Assembly (NCBI GenBank): GCA_044892525.1
Contig: CM097885.1
Span: forward strand, 8,558,001 to 8,622,000
DNA from: Schmidtea polychroa
Lineage: Eukaryota
DNA length: 64,000 bases
Reading direction: 5' to 3'
Shown here piece after piece: positions 25,022-38,380 of the stretch. Under the pieces are notes generated by a model that was given only the letters and a program-made list of their open reading frames with translations, had not been told where the DNA came from and did no database searches. Numbering within the stretch: position 1 is the stretch's first letter; the number at the start of each line of letters is the position of its first letter. The position numbers and the translations under genes were made by a program.

Positions 25022-25950
25022 AATTATTATTATTATTAATCTATAAAAAAAAATAACTTAAAAAAAATTTACTTAAAAAATTATTCCATTAAAATTTTCA
25101 TTTAAAATTATCCTAAAAAAAAATTATTATTTCATTAAAAAATTTCAATTCTCAATTACTGAATATTATTCCAACTTTTTGTTAATAAATTTTAAAATTT
25201 TACTTTAATTTACTTATTATATTACTTATTTAAAAATTATTACATTAATTTACTTATTTAAAAATTTTGACCATTGATTACTTAATTTTTCAATTTGGAT
25301 CTTAATTAACTTTAATTTTATATTTTAGACATTAATTTACTTTAATTTAAATTTTTAGAATCTTACTTTACTTATTTGAGTCTTAATTAACTTTAACTGA
25401 ATAAATTTAGACCTTAATTAACTTTAATTTTAAATTTTAGACCATAATTTGCTTGAATTCAAAAATTACCATGATTTTTTAGTGTAAACCCCCCCCCTTT
25501 TTATTGAAAATCATAGGACCAAGGTGACCCCTCATTATAGTCTAAATAATTCCATGCTTTTTAGTGTAGACCACCTTTTTCTATTGAAATTCTCAGGACC
25601 ATCGAGACCCCCTCACTATAGTCTGAATAATCCATGCTTTTTTAATGATAGCCGGATTTTGTATTGAAATTCTCAGGACCAAGGAGACCCATCCAAATAA
25701 TACTGACTTATCCTTGGCTTTTTGTATTGAAAACAATTTTTCTATTGAAAATCCCAGAAAATAAAATCATTGGAGCGTACGGGAACAATTATGTAATAAA
25801 AAAAATGTCTACGGCAAAAGTTATGCAATCACAAGTTGCAAAATTTTTTACCCCCCCCCCCCTCTATTGTTGCCGGGAGCCCCTAACTACCTACTTATAT
25901 ATATAAATAAGTCTAATAACTTCATTTACAACATTCACAAATATTCATCG

Positions 25951-26519
25951 ATGTCTTCAAACGATCCACAGGTTTGATGTTATAATTATTTAGTAATTTA
26001 ATTATTTTAAATAAGGTACAAGAATTGTCTATTGATTGGGATCATTCTTTTTTAATAATAGATAAATTTCTAACAATAAATGATGAAGATTATATATTCC
26101 TGGCCAAAATAAATAAATCTTTCAAACATTAAGTAATTCAAAATCTATTTGATAAGTTCGACTTCAATATGTCGATGTTGAAATTAACCAGCTGTATATT
26201 ATCTATAAATAATATTAACCATACAGAAATTAACACGCTTAAGGTTTTCTGGATATGTATGGATTTCAGGTTCCGAAAATATCGCGAGCTTATTGAAATC
26301 TTCCTTCTTAATGCATATAAACTTGGTATTACAATACATAATTTACTGAATGAAGTCAGAAAACAGTTTATTACATGTTGTATATGTCGAATTCGAGAAG
26401 TTTCTATTCTATATCTGCCTTGTGGCCATATCATTATTTGTTCCTTATGTTTGAAAAACTGTAGTAGATGTCAGAGTTGTGGTGTCATAATCGATGAATC
26501 TCATTCAGTGTATTTTTGA
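25951..26519 (+). pseudogene. Protein with a C-terminal IAP-type RING finger; intron 25972-26015; in-frame TAA at 26130
   Basis: CCICRIREVSILYLPCGHIIICSLC..CQSC..VYF-stop matches the IAP/MDM2-like terminal RING pattern. TATA at ~25897. No BIR domain recognised. Confidence 0.7.
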
Positions 26520-26542
26520 AATAAATGTTGTAAAACTCCTAC

Positions 26543-26654
<112 letters not shown>

Positions 26655-26673
26655 CATTATTATTATTATTATA

Positions 26674-26729
<56 letters not shown>

Positions 26730-26922
26730 ATTTCAACTTTCTATCACAAATCATGGTTAACTAAAAACATAGTCGATTATTATAAAATTTATAACACAAA
26801 AGTTATACCATAAAAAGTTGACAAACAAAAATAACTAAATATTTACAAATTTTTATTCAACATCGTATTTACACAAATATATATATAATCACAATGTTAA
26901 ATAATTGGCCCAAATTATAACT

Positions 26923-27190
26923 TTAAATTATTGAGTTGAATATTTGATTGAATTGTTGATCTCGAATGACAGGATCCGTTTCAGGAATAACGATATTACC
27001 ACTACCATCTAAGACATCGACCCCTCTATAATGTTCATATGCAAAACTTGAGTTTTTCCCTACCCAAGCTCTCTTATCGTCGTGATTATTTAAAGCTATT
27101 TTTGAGTTTTTAAAAGTAAACAGCTGATGATTCCGGGTTCCTATTCTAGTTTGAGGAACCGACATGTCTGTGTTGTTGTTATAGCAGTCA
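26923..27190 (-). pseudogene. pPolB C-terminal fragment fused to truncated major capsid
   Basis: DCYNN..VPQTRIGTRNHQLFTFKN.KIAL..DDKR.WVG aligns with the C-terminus of ORF 34106..35989. Confidence 0.88.
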
Positions 27191-27739
27191 GACCTTTTCA
27201 GTCTAATATGTACACTAACTCCCGGAAGTAAATATTTCGGTTGATCCATAAAATCGAGTTGTAATGATGAGCACATGGTGAAAACCTTTGAGACTTTAAC
27301 CCACATTTTTTCTTTCATCATCTGCTGCTGCATAACTCATAGGAGTAAGACATGTATTTTTAGTATCGGAATTGTAATTTAAAATAGTTTTTATTAATGC
27401 CTTGTGAATGAATGTATTATTTCCACTCTCAATCTTGATATTATTAAATCCCAACACTGCATCTTTAAACAGAGTATGAAACAGGAAATTGTTCGGTATT
27501 ACATCTGCATTGGCATCCAAAACTTTTCTATCTTTATCTACAACCTTGATCTGAACAGTCAATAAAGTATCGTTCAAATCTAAATATTCAGTTTGCGAAC
27601 CAGTAATATAAAACTCTTTATCATTTCTACTATCGGTAATTGAATTCATAAGAAAAACTTCCTCAAAAGCCCCAAATTCTATTACAGCCTGGGGCGATGG
27701 TCTATCAAATATACATAATTCAGATTTACCACAAATCAT
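27191..27739 (-). pseudogene. Polinton major capsid protein (double jelly-roll), N-terminal part
   Basis: KSELCIF..P.Q, EFYI.G..YLDLNDT.L, HTLF, IKTILNY..DTK, and after a frameshift DQPKYLLPGVSVHIRLKRS; all typical of Maverick major capsid. Confidence 0.85.
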
Positions 27740-28104
27740 TTTGAAATATTAGTTCCATGTCCTTTCATTCGTTTGTTTATACGTGATATTCCATGTCTTT
27801 TACGTTTTGGAGCTGGGGCTGGGGATGGAGGCGTATCTTTTTGAAACATACCTGCAACCCCGGGTAGAACCTTCCCTAACTCAGCTAAAGCATTTGTTTT
27901 TAGGGATTGTAATATTTTCTGTTCATTCATAATCACGTCTTTAGTAGTTTTCATGCCAAAACTACCAATACGTTTAAGAATAGGAAGTGCAAATCTCCCT
28001 ATTGTTTTTAACCAACCTGATCCGTACTGTTTACCAACGAAGTATGGTAATTCACCGCCAGATTGGCTATCACTATACATACTAATAATATCGGAATTAG
28101 CCAT
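27736..28104 (-). CDS. Conserved small Polinton virion protein (QSGG site, amphipathic helix, basic tail)
   Basis: QSGGELPYFVG.QYGSGW..IGRFALPILK, lying between the minor and major capsid genes with overlapping start/stop codons. Confidence 0.7.
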   Translation of the reverse strand: MANSDIISMYSDSQSGGELPYFVGKQYGSGWLKTIGRFALPILKRIGSFGMKTTKDVIMNEQKILQSLKTNALAELGKVLPGVAGMFQKDTPPSPAPAPKRKRHGISRINKRMKGHGTNISK

Positions 28105-29113
28105 CTACTTTACGAAAATGTAATGTCAAATGAGTTTTTGAACCTTTTGGAAAGTTTATAAGTTTTCCACTATCATCACGAATATTTATTTCTATATTGT
28201 TTATACATGAACTTGCTATTGGTAAATACATGGGATTATCGATATTTATATTGAAAACTTCATCATGTTCATATCTACCAATCCATACCGATTTCAAAAA
28301 AGGAACACTGGAATCACCAACAGTTATGGGTTCGATAATGTTAGTATATATGAACATTTGTTGATGATGTTCTAGTATTATTGGTTTGCGTATACCAGTC
28401 GATTTTTCTCGATATTTTTGCCTATCTAATCCAAGTGAATTTGCCAAATTTTTATCAAATGTAACTTCGCAAATATCATCATTCAAACTGAAGGTAAACA
28501 TTAAATCTTTCACAATTTCCAAATTTTTAAATATGTGTGAACAATTGAACTTTAAATATTTAAGTAAATCATCAAGTTTATCAAAATATAATTCATCAGC
28601 AAAGGTAAATGATTCTTCAACTTCATTATTATACGACACAGATATTTTGATTTCTTCTTTCACTATACTGTTTGCTTCAAATAGATTAAAACGTAATAAA
28701 TACTCGGTCTCCGTAACAATATTTTTCAACTTATTGCAACCCATTCGTTTGGCATCTTCAATAGTTTCGAATGTTATTGCAAATGGTTTAAAATCACAAC
28801 TGATATTTAATCCATCCTTGTAAAACATATAGCAATGAGAATCTAATATTTGATTCGGAATATGATATGTTTTATCATAATTACTGATAACAAAGATACC
28901 GCTACATGTTTTCACAATATTCCTTTTGAAATCAATCTTACATTGACTCTAAAATGGGAATGTGTTGTACACGAATGTAAAATCTTGCAGTGCAACTTCC
29001 CAGTCCCCATTTAAAGAAATCGGATTCTGGAGGTTGACCATGAATTTGCTGGCTTGATTATCTGGATGAATTAATGGACAACTATTGCTCGGCAAAATAG
29101 TATAAAAATTCAC
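28097..29113 (-). pseudogene. Polinton minor capsid (penton) protein, one in-frame stop at 28949
   Basis: N-terminal FYTILPSNS..PDN..F..L..PISLNGDWEVAL and C-terminal IYTNIIEPITVGD..P..PMYLP..IEINIRD..G..LTLHFR. The two ORFs are in the same frame. Confidence 0.85.
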
Positions 29114-29739
29114 TTTATTAGGTCTTTTGCTGATATCCATGACGGGTTTTGATAACCATGCCATTTGACATAGTATTGTTTATCCTTGCCGACCTTTTTA
29201 GTTAACAATATATTTTTTGAATTCTAAATACTTTTGGGGGAGGAATGACTTGTAATTCCTGCTCATAAAATTTCCCTTGTACAATATTATTATCATTATC
29301 TTTGATGACATACATTACAGGATTCTGTTTAGTATTTATTTTTGAAATTACAAAGACTTCATCACTCCAATTTGTATCAAAATTTTTAATAAATGGTGAT
29401 GCACTAATTTTACTAATTCTAACATGGTAACCGACTTTATATTTAGGTTTTGCAATTTTTACAGATTTTTTAGAAGTCAATGATGTTTTTGATGTAATAT
29501 CAACCGGTCTCAATCCATTCAGTCCTCGATGTGATGAATGATTATAACTTGTTAATATTTTCGGTAAAACATTTACCCATTTTTTATTACCTTGATGCAC
29601 GAACAATTTCTTTAATCTATCTCTCAATGTTCGATTTAATCTTTCAACATGGGCAGCTTTTATTGAGAATGTACCGAGTAGTGATTTATTTTCAGTTTAT
29701 CGAGGATTTGCTTAACTTTGCTATTGTAGAACTCTTTAC
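29110..29739 (-). pseudogene. Retroviral-like (rve) integrase 3' exon with C-terminal chromodomain, frameshifted
   Basis: After the acceptor TTTTAG (29740): GKEFYN..KAAHVERLNRTLR..YNHS.H..KYKVG..VRISK..NWSDEVF..GKFYEQELQ, then YYVKWHGY..SWI. Confidence 0.88.
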
Positions 29740-30316
29740 CTAAAATAATAATAAGTAATAAATTTAATAAATCAATATGTGTTTGTCCGAATACAGCCAA
29801 GTTGATGGATATTTTATATATTCTCGACAAACCAAAATGGTCAAAGCATCCAGGAAAAGGAATATCTCAAAGATTGGAGAATTTAGAAAACAGCTATGAA
29901 CTATCATTTGTATATATACAAAATATAAAAATTAAATTGATTGATCATATTGAAGTTTTCAATAACTCTATTATTGAAAATAAAAAGAATATGAAAATTA
30001 TTGATAAGAAGCATGATTATTTGTTAAAATAGATTGAATTATTATTAAGCGAAATTCAAGCAATCAAAGGATCAATAGAATATCTGAAAAGCAATTCAAC
30101 ATTACCAATTTCAAACAATATTGCTGCAAATACTAGTACATCAATATTTAGTTTACCTTTGTTAATTTTAAATTATTTAATTGTTTAAATAAATGTATGT
30201 TTTTGTTGATTTGTTGATTTGCGAGTTGTTGAATGTGAGCAGTACCCATAGGGGGACAAAATATTTTGTCGGATCGACTAGGAGTATATATAATAATAAT
30301 AATAATATACTTTGAA

Positions 30317-30381
<65 letters not shown>

Positions 30382-30600
30382 TAATAATAAAAATAATAAT
30401 AATAATAATACTTATAATAATAATATTTTTACTTTATTAAAACAAATTAAGAAAACATTTGCGCACACGGATTCCCCTTTGAATTACCTTTAAAATGACC
30501 CCTTGATCAATAAAATCCAAGCAAAGGTACTCTCAAAATATTAATTTTAAGAAAATACGCACACGCAATCTTTAATTAAATTATATAGCCGCCATCTTGA

Positions 30601-30870
30601 AAAATATGACCTTGACCTTTGAAAGTATGACCATGATACTTTCATCTCAAACACTTTTATAATAATGTCTGAAAAATTCGAAGGTTTTTACCCTTTGAAG
30701 GTTATTGACCAACCATTCACCTTCGAGGGTATGACCATTAGATAGACCTCTCAAATACCTTTCGAATGATACCCTTTGGTGAAGGTTTGACTTTAAAAAT
30801 ATGACCTTGACCTTAAAAAATATGACCTTGACCTTAAATATATGACCTTGGCCCTAAAAATATGCCCTTG
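30601..30870. repeat. Cluster of AAAATATGACCTTGACCTT repeats
   Basis: At least five variants, tandem with ~20-bp period at 30795-30870. Confidence 0.75.
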
Positions 30871-31629
30871 GTGAGTTGTGTTAAAGAATTTCTATTCTTA
30901 GAAAGATTCTCCATATTATAAGAAAAAATTTTCAAGATTACTAACTTCATAGTCGAAAATATTTTGCAAAAGACTGAAACTTTGACTTTTCGAATATTTG
31001 TTCATAAATGATTTTTTGCTATAATGAATTTTTCGAATCTGATATTGAAATTGACAATTTTGACAAATAAAATTTTTTGCTGATTCATTAAATACAATTT
31101 TTATGTCCTTTTCGACTTAAAAAATGCAATTTATTTATTATTCTTAGATTTGTATTGTTTAAATATTCATCATATATTAAATTCTATGTGAAATCTTTTA
31201 AATAAAGATGAAGAAATAAAATTATATTTAAATGTAATCAATAATAAATAACAATTTTTGTATATGAAATAATTGATATAATATTAATAAAATCATAGCT
31301 AAACTAGACCCTTCTAAAAGACAGATTAAACCTGTTGATAAAGATGCATTTCAATTATTTGATGATATAGAATCATGATCAGATGAAGATTTTGTTTTTG
31401 GATCTGATGATTTTTCTGATGGTAAAATACTTATTATTGGTTTATCCAATTGGTATTATTGGACGTATTGGTGGACCAAGAAATTAAAGAAAGTGAAGAC
31501 GAGGAAGAAAACGACAATTCTACCACAGAATTAAATAACTAAGATGGAACTTCTGATACAAATATATCTAGTAAAATTGAAGAAAATATGAAGAAAAGAG
31601 AAAGTGAAATGAAGGGTAGTAAGGGATGT

Positions 31630-31956
31630 ATGAAAGCGAATGGGGTCACATTGAAAGATACTGAACTTACTCATCGGTCGTATCTGAATTGTTATAATAA
31701 TAATGAGATTTATACGGTACTCCAATTTAGAATAACAAGTAAAAACAATCAAATTTTTAGTATTAAAAATAATAAGAGGCCTAATGTTGATGATAAGCGC
31801 AATTGGGTATTTAAAAATAAAAGTTATGTGTATGGTCATATTATAGGGGATGGTATGGTTATAGCTGATGATTCTGGTGAAGAAATGTTGCTACCTATAG
31901 TTGATCGAGATGAAGATTTGTTATATCATCCTCATTTTCCGGTTGTCAATTATTAA
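31630..31956 (+). pseudogene. Further, diverged pPolB C-terminal fragment
   Basis: KANGVTLK..HRSYLNCYNN..SKNNQIFSIKN..DDKRNWV..YGH aligns with the other pPolB tails. Confidence 0.8.
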
Positions 31957-32617
31957 AATTTATGATATAACAAATTTGTTTTTACTCTATTTTTAAACGT
32001 TACAAAATTTTTATTTCGTTAGTGTTACTTGTGATAGTACACTATTTTTAATATCACTAATTATTTTAGTACACATTTTTGCAATACATCTGCAACACAT
32101 CTGAAAACTATGAATGACTCACATACAAAGGTCAATTATTCACACACGCAATATACATGCAGTAATTTGATTAGTTATACACAAGTATAAAATAGAAGTG
32201 AATTGGCATGATAGTCTTTATTTTTAAAATGCAATCCTAGAAGAACGCTTTTGGTGAGAAAACATTTTCTAATTTATTGAAAAAAACAAGTCCAATTAAG
32301 AACATAACTGAGACGAAGCCTGTCAAGAATGATGTGAAACCAGTACAAATGTATCATAACCATAAGATATATTTCTTGGTAGATGAAATTCCATATAAAT
32401 TCTCAAATACAGTCAAATTTATCAAGAAGCAAAATATTCAAATTTCATAGCTCATATAACAAAAGAAGATGTTGCTGTAAATATAGTGTTGGGGAAAATC
32501 AATAAGAATCAATAAGTTGCAATAGAAATAAATCCCCAACAATCGAAATTCCCGTTTTAATAATTTTAATTTGCACTTTCTAATTAAAAACTATTTTCAA
32601 TTAAATTTCTCAACAAT

Positions 32618-33142
32618 AGTAGGTGGTTTGGGCACCGGGAAAACAGGACTCCGGGAGCACAGTACCCCCCCCCCCCCCCCGGGGGAAAAAATTAAAAAAA
32701 ATTTTTTTTTCAAGGTCAACTTGAGAACAAAGACAATGAGTCATCCGATGACTCATCACTCGTCTAGAACAAAGACAATGACTCATCCGATGACTCATAA
32801 AAAATTATTATTATTTTTCAAAAATATTATTATCTGTGCTCGCGGAGTTCTACTTTTCGTCAGCCCAAAACTTAGTCTAAATCTCAAAATATTTTAACAA
32901 TTTATAGTTCATTTTGAAGACCAGACGAAGACAAATCTTTTGAGCCATATAAATAATTTTTATCATTAGTAGTATAAAAGTTATTAATTTTTTAGTCAGA
33001 CACTAATTTATAGCAAATTTATAGCAAATTTTATGAAGAAATTTGCGGGTGATTTATCATTCACCCAATCAGGTAAGACTTTAATTTTATGAAGAAATTT
33101 GCGGGTGATTTATCATTCACCCAATCAGGTAAGACTTAAATG

Positions 33143-33143
<1 letters not shown>
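32618..33143 (+). repeat. Left TIR of element C (~525 bp plus (TTA)n)
   Basis: Inverted copy of 41358-41884 with about 6 substitutions counted by eye. Contains a C-run, four ATGA(G/C)TCAT sites and a ~56-bp tandem duplication. Confidence 0.95.
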
Positions 33144-33189
<46 letters not shown>

Positions 33190-33214
33190 AAAGTTTTAAC
33201 AAGTTTTAACAAAG

Positions 33215-33304
<90 letters not shown>

Positions 33305-34105
33305 CTGTTGTTATTGACTTTGAGAATAACTGACAATATACAAAGAAATTAAAAAAATAAGAATAAATTAAAAAGTAATAATTAGAATAATATAGAAAAA
33401 AATTTTAAAAAATAGGGTTTGAAAATCAAAATTGACACATTTATTGAAATATTTAAATAGCATATATAAGTAGTTATTGGAGGCTTTATTTAAAATATTT
33501 TCAAATATTTTATTAGGCTTCTAGAAGCTAATTATAGAAGCTGTAAAAAATTTAAAAATTTTAGTTTGTGTCATTTTGAAATTTTAAATGTAAAAATTAT
33601 AAAAAAATTTTAAAAGTTTTTAGTAAAACAATTCATTATATTTACAACCAATGAGAATTAAGAGAAAGGAAATAAAAGAAAGATTGAAGGGTATTTTGAA
33701 GAAGAACATTGCTAAATTCCAGGAGATTGACAAGGACTATCGTATAGTCGAAAATTCTTTCATTAAATACATTATTTGCAGCAAAAGGCTTAAATTATCA
33801 TTTTATTGTTATTATTATTATAAGAGAGATGTAGTTGCATGCTGACTGCAAACTACTGTTACAAATTATTTTCTCGTATACCAAATATAAAAATGAAAAC
33901 ATTACAAGTTTTCAAAAATAATAATTTTTACCAATAATATCATTTTATGCTGAAACATTTTCGATAAATTTATATGAAAATATAATGTTTAAACATAGAA
34001 AGAATTGTGAAAACTATAACGAGTTTTCAATAAAATATATACATTATAAAAGAATACAAATCAATAAAAACATTTTTTTTTTAAAAGATATATTAATATA
34101 TCACA

Positions 34106-36142
<2,037 letters not shown>

Positions 36143-36527
36143 CTAAATCTGTTTGCAAGTTATTAGGATGTCCATCTTTAAATAAAATATTAATTGCCTT
36201 GGACATTTCTTCTGCAGATTTTGCCTTGACTGGTATTGCTCGTGCAAACCTGCTGTATACATTAATACATGTTAAAATATATTTATTCCCATTGTTAATT
36301 TTCGAATAAGGTATCATCATCAAATCCATTTGCCATAAATCGTCAATACCAAATGTTTTATACGCTCTTGTTGGAAATCTTTTCCGCATTGGTTTGTTCA
36401 AACTGTACGCAAGCTGATCTGATAACCACTTCTGGGTTTCTTTTTTCGAATTCGGAACTCTTTTCTTTAATTTTGCCACTCCACCGAAACCGGCTTCGTC
36501 TTCTGGGTTCTTCCAAATCTTCTCCAT
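36143..36527 (-). pseudogene. rve integrase 5' exon (rest deleted)
   Basis: AGFGG..KL..WL..Q.AYSL.KP.RKRF, DLWQMDL, KYILTCI..SR.A.A.P.K.K and LQTDLG, followed directly by donor GT and (ATT)n. Confidence 0.88.
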
Positions 36528-36585
36528 TACAACAAGAAGATTTAAAATTAAATTTAATGTCGGGCAATGAAGGATTAGCACCCAT
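36358..36585 (-). CDS. Small ORF overlapping the integrase start, with an N-myristoylation signal
   Basis: MGANPS (Gly2, Ser6), SSCC, then a basic stretch. ATG lies 3 nt after the upstream stop. Confidence 0.45.
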   Translation of the reverse strand: MGANPSLPDIKFNFKSSCCNGEDLEEPRRRSRFRWSGKIKEKSSEFEKRNPEVVIRSACVQFEQTNAEKISNKSV

Positions 36586-36588
36586 TGT

Positions 36589-36855
36589 TTATGACTGTGT
36601 AACTCCACCTAATAATGATAATGCCAGAGGTATCAATGCACCAATAAATCCACCTTGTTGTTTATATATAATTTTCCTCATTTGCTTACGATTTTTATTA
36701 TTTACTAATGATAACAAAGGTTTCCTATGTTTGCTCAATAAATGCTTTTTTGATTTACTGATTTTAATTTTGCCTTTGACTACTTTAAGTATAATATTGA
36801 GTAAATCATCGACAACAAAATTTGGGAATGATTGCAATATATTCATTCTTTTCAT
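36589..36855 (-). CDS. Small basic Polinton protein with QQGG site and hydrophobic C-terminal helix
   Basis: KQQGGFIGALIPLALSLLGG. Its start overlaps the upstream stop. Confidence 0.7.
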   Translation of the reverse strand: MKRMNILQSFPNFVVDDLLNIILKVVKGKIKISKSKKHLLSKHRKPLLSLVNNKNRKQMRKIIYKQQGGFIGALIPLALSLLGGVTQS

Positions 36856-37124
36856 ACTCGGGCCTTTAACAATGCATTAAAAAATGGAAAACTGCGATGA
36901 TTTTTAACTACTTTTTTACCGGTTTTACGGGTTTTACGGGTTTGACGTTTAGGTTTAGGATTTTTCGAAATAAGATTCATTGCAGAGAAATTTTCAGTTA
37001 CAAGTTTTTTAGATGGTGTATAACTAGTTGTTGGTGGAACTTTTGGAACTTTTGGAACTTTAATACTCTTTCTAATACTTTTTCTTAATTTCCTAATATT
37101 TTTCACCCTTGCTTTTAGAAACAT
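36852..37124 (-). CDS. Lys/Arg-rich small protein (putative DNA-condensing core protein)
   Basis: Very basic 90-aa ORF tightly packed between the ATPase and the QQGG gene. Function inferred from composition only. Confidence 0.55.
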   Translation of the reverse strand: MFLKARVKNIRKLRKSIRKSIKVPKVPKVPPTTSYTPSKKLVTENFSAMNLISKNPKPKRQTRKTRKTGKKVVKNHRSFPFFNALLKARV

Positions 37125-37142
37125 TATTATTCATAGAGGTTT

Positions 37143-37769
37143 TCAACTTTGTTTATAAACCATGGCACCTTTTGGGTTGAAAATATCTGTTTTTACTCGT
37201 AAATCATCGGGACATTGTTGCGTGAAATCAAGAAATATATATCCATGAGGTATTTTTGTAGCATCTTGAAATGCACTGATAAGAAAATTACGATTGTTAG
37301 GGTATGCTTGATGTGCAAGAAAATCAATCACTGTTGCATCTCTAGGATTCTTGAAAATAACTAAATATTGTACATTTAAATTACGTGTTCGATGTGCCCC
37401 ACCTTGATGAAATAGATTTTGTGTTATGAAAATAACTGTTACACCGACATGTCTGCTGATCTTTGTAAATAAATTATTAAAATCTTTTTCTTTATTAGCT
37501 TCTTGATACAGATCATCAATAATAATGACATCACCTTTCTTTAATCGGCTGGACCAGTTTTTATCGAATCCCTTTACTATTTTCATGTTTTTTATTTCAC
37601 AGAAACTTGATTGAGTTAATCCATGTTCTTCATCAGCACCCCTATGCCAATAAATCCTGTTGAATTTTGATTTGAATAAATTTGATTTTAGTAATTTACA
37701 AACAAATAATGTTTTTCCACTACCACTCGGACCAACGATTTGGTATACTGCATCATTTCTTAATTCCAT
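37143..37769 (-). CDS. A32/FtsK-like genome packaging ATPase
   Basis: Walker A GPSGSGKT, Walker B IIIDDL, SRH, ITQN, YLVIFKNPRD and HGYIFLD. Confidence 0.93.
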   Translation of the reverse strand: MELRNDAVYQIVGPSGSGKTLFVCKLLKSNLFKSKFNRIYWHRGADEEHGLTQSSFCEIKNMKIVKGFDKNWSSRLKKGDVIIIDDLYQEANKEKDFNNLFTKISRHVGVTVIFITQNLFHQGGAHRTRNLNVQYLVIFKNPRDATVIDFLAHQAYPNNRNFLISAFQDATKIPHGYIFLDFTQQCPDDLRVKTDIFNPKGAMVYKQS

Positions 37770-37868
37770 TTCAAAAATTTTATAAATGTGTATTTGTTTA
37801 TATTCAATGATTTAATGAACTCGTGCTCAATTTGTATATAAAGAATAATTTTCATAAATGATTTAATA

Positions 37869-38306
37869 ATGTTAGCAAATATAAATTATCGAGGAAATTT
37901 TGATGTATCGAATATGAGGTTCCCACCAGGGAAACCCCAGCAAATTATCGATAGAAGCGGGAAATATCCGATAATATTTTTCAAGACTGGTAAATGTAGA
38001 ATCATGGGATGTAAGAAACCTTTGGATATTAATAAATTACAATATCGAATAAATAATATTATAATCCAATCAATTACCGTTACTATGGATATGGGACATA
38101 GTATCAATTTATATAACATGTCGAAAAAATGTGATTGTATGTTTGAACCGGAATTGTTTCCGGCACTAAGACTATTAAAATATAACCCTATATGTGTCAA
38201 CGTGTTTGCTAGTGGAAAGGTTGTCATGCTGGGGTTGAGAAATTTGGAGTATAGAGAATTTGTTGACAATGTTCGAAATGAGATAATTTCATTGGTCGAT
38301 TTCTAA
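37869..38306 (+). CDS. TATA-binding-protein-like protein encoded by the Polinton
   Basis: Two TBP repeats: IIFFKTGKCRIMG, and IQSITVT...INL...FEPELFPAL..NP..VNVFASGKVVMLG (cf. YEPELFPGL..IFVSGKVVLTG). Confidence 0.88.
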   Translation: MLANINYRGNFDVSNMRFPPGKPQQIIDRSGKYPIIFFKTGKCRIMGCKKPLDINKLQYRINNIIIQSITVTMDMGHSINLYNMSKKCDCMFEPELFPALRLLKYNPICVNVFASGKVVMLGLRNLEYREFVDNVRNEIISLVDF

Positions 38307-38380
38307 TTGGTTAATTTCTAATTGGTTATTGATTGATTTAAACAAACGGTTTTTTGTTTAGGATTCATTTATTCAACACT

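Larger units (their letters stand above)
9748..25895. mobile_element. Polinton-derived inverted duplication (element B): two pPolB-bearing arms head to head
   Basis: Ends are AGTAGGTAGTTAGG (9748) and CCTAACTACCTACT (25895), with ~1.1 kb of diverged inverted similarity. Arms 9748-14703 and 15277-25895 are inverted copies. Flanks (GCATTC / TATATA) are not a TSD. Confidence 0.8.

Noticed and set aside
9742..25901. Element B as a single ordinary Polinton
   Set aside because: No TSD, ends diverged, and it contains only two inverted pPolB copies without other core genes.
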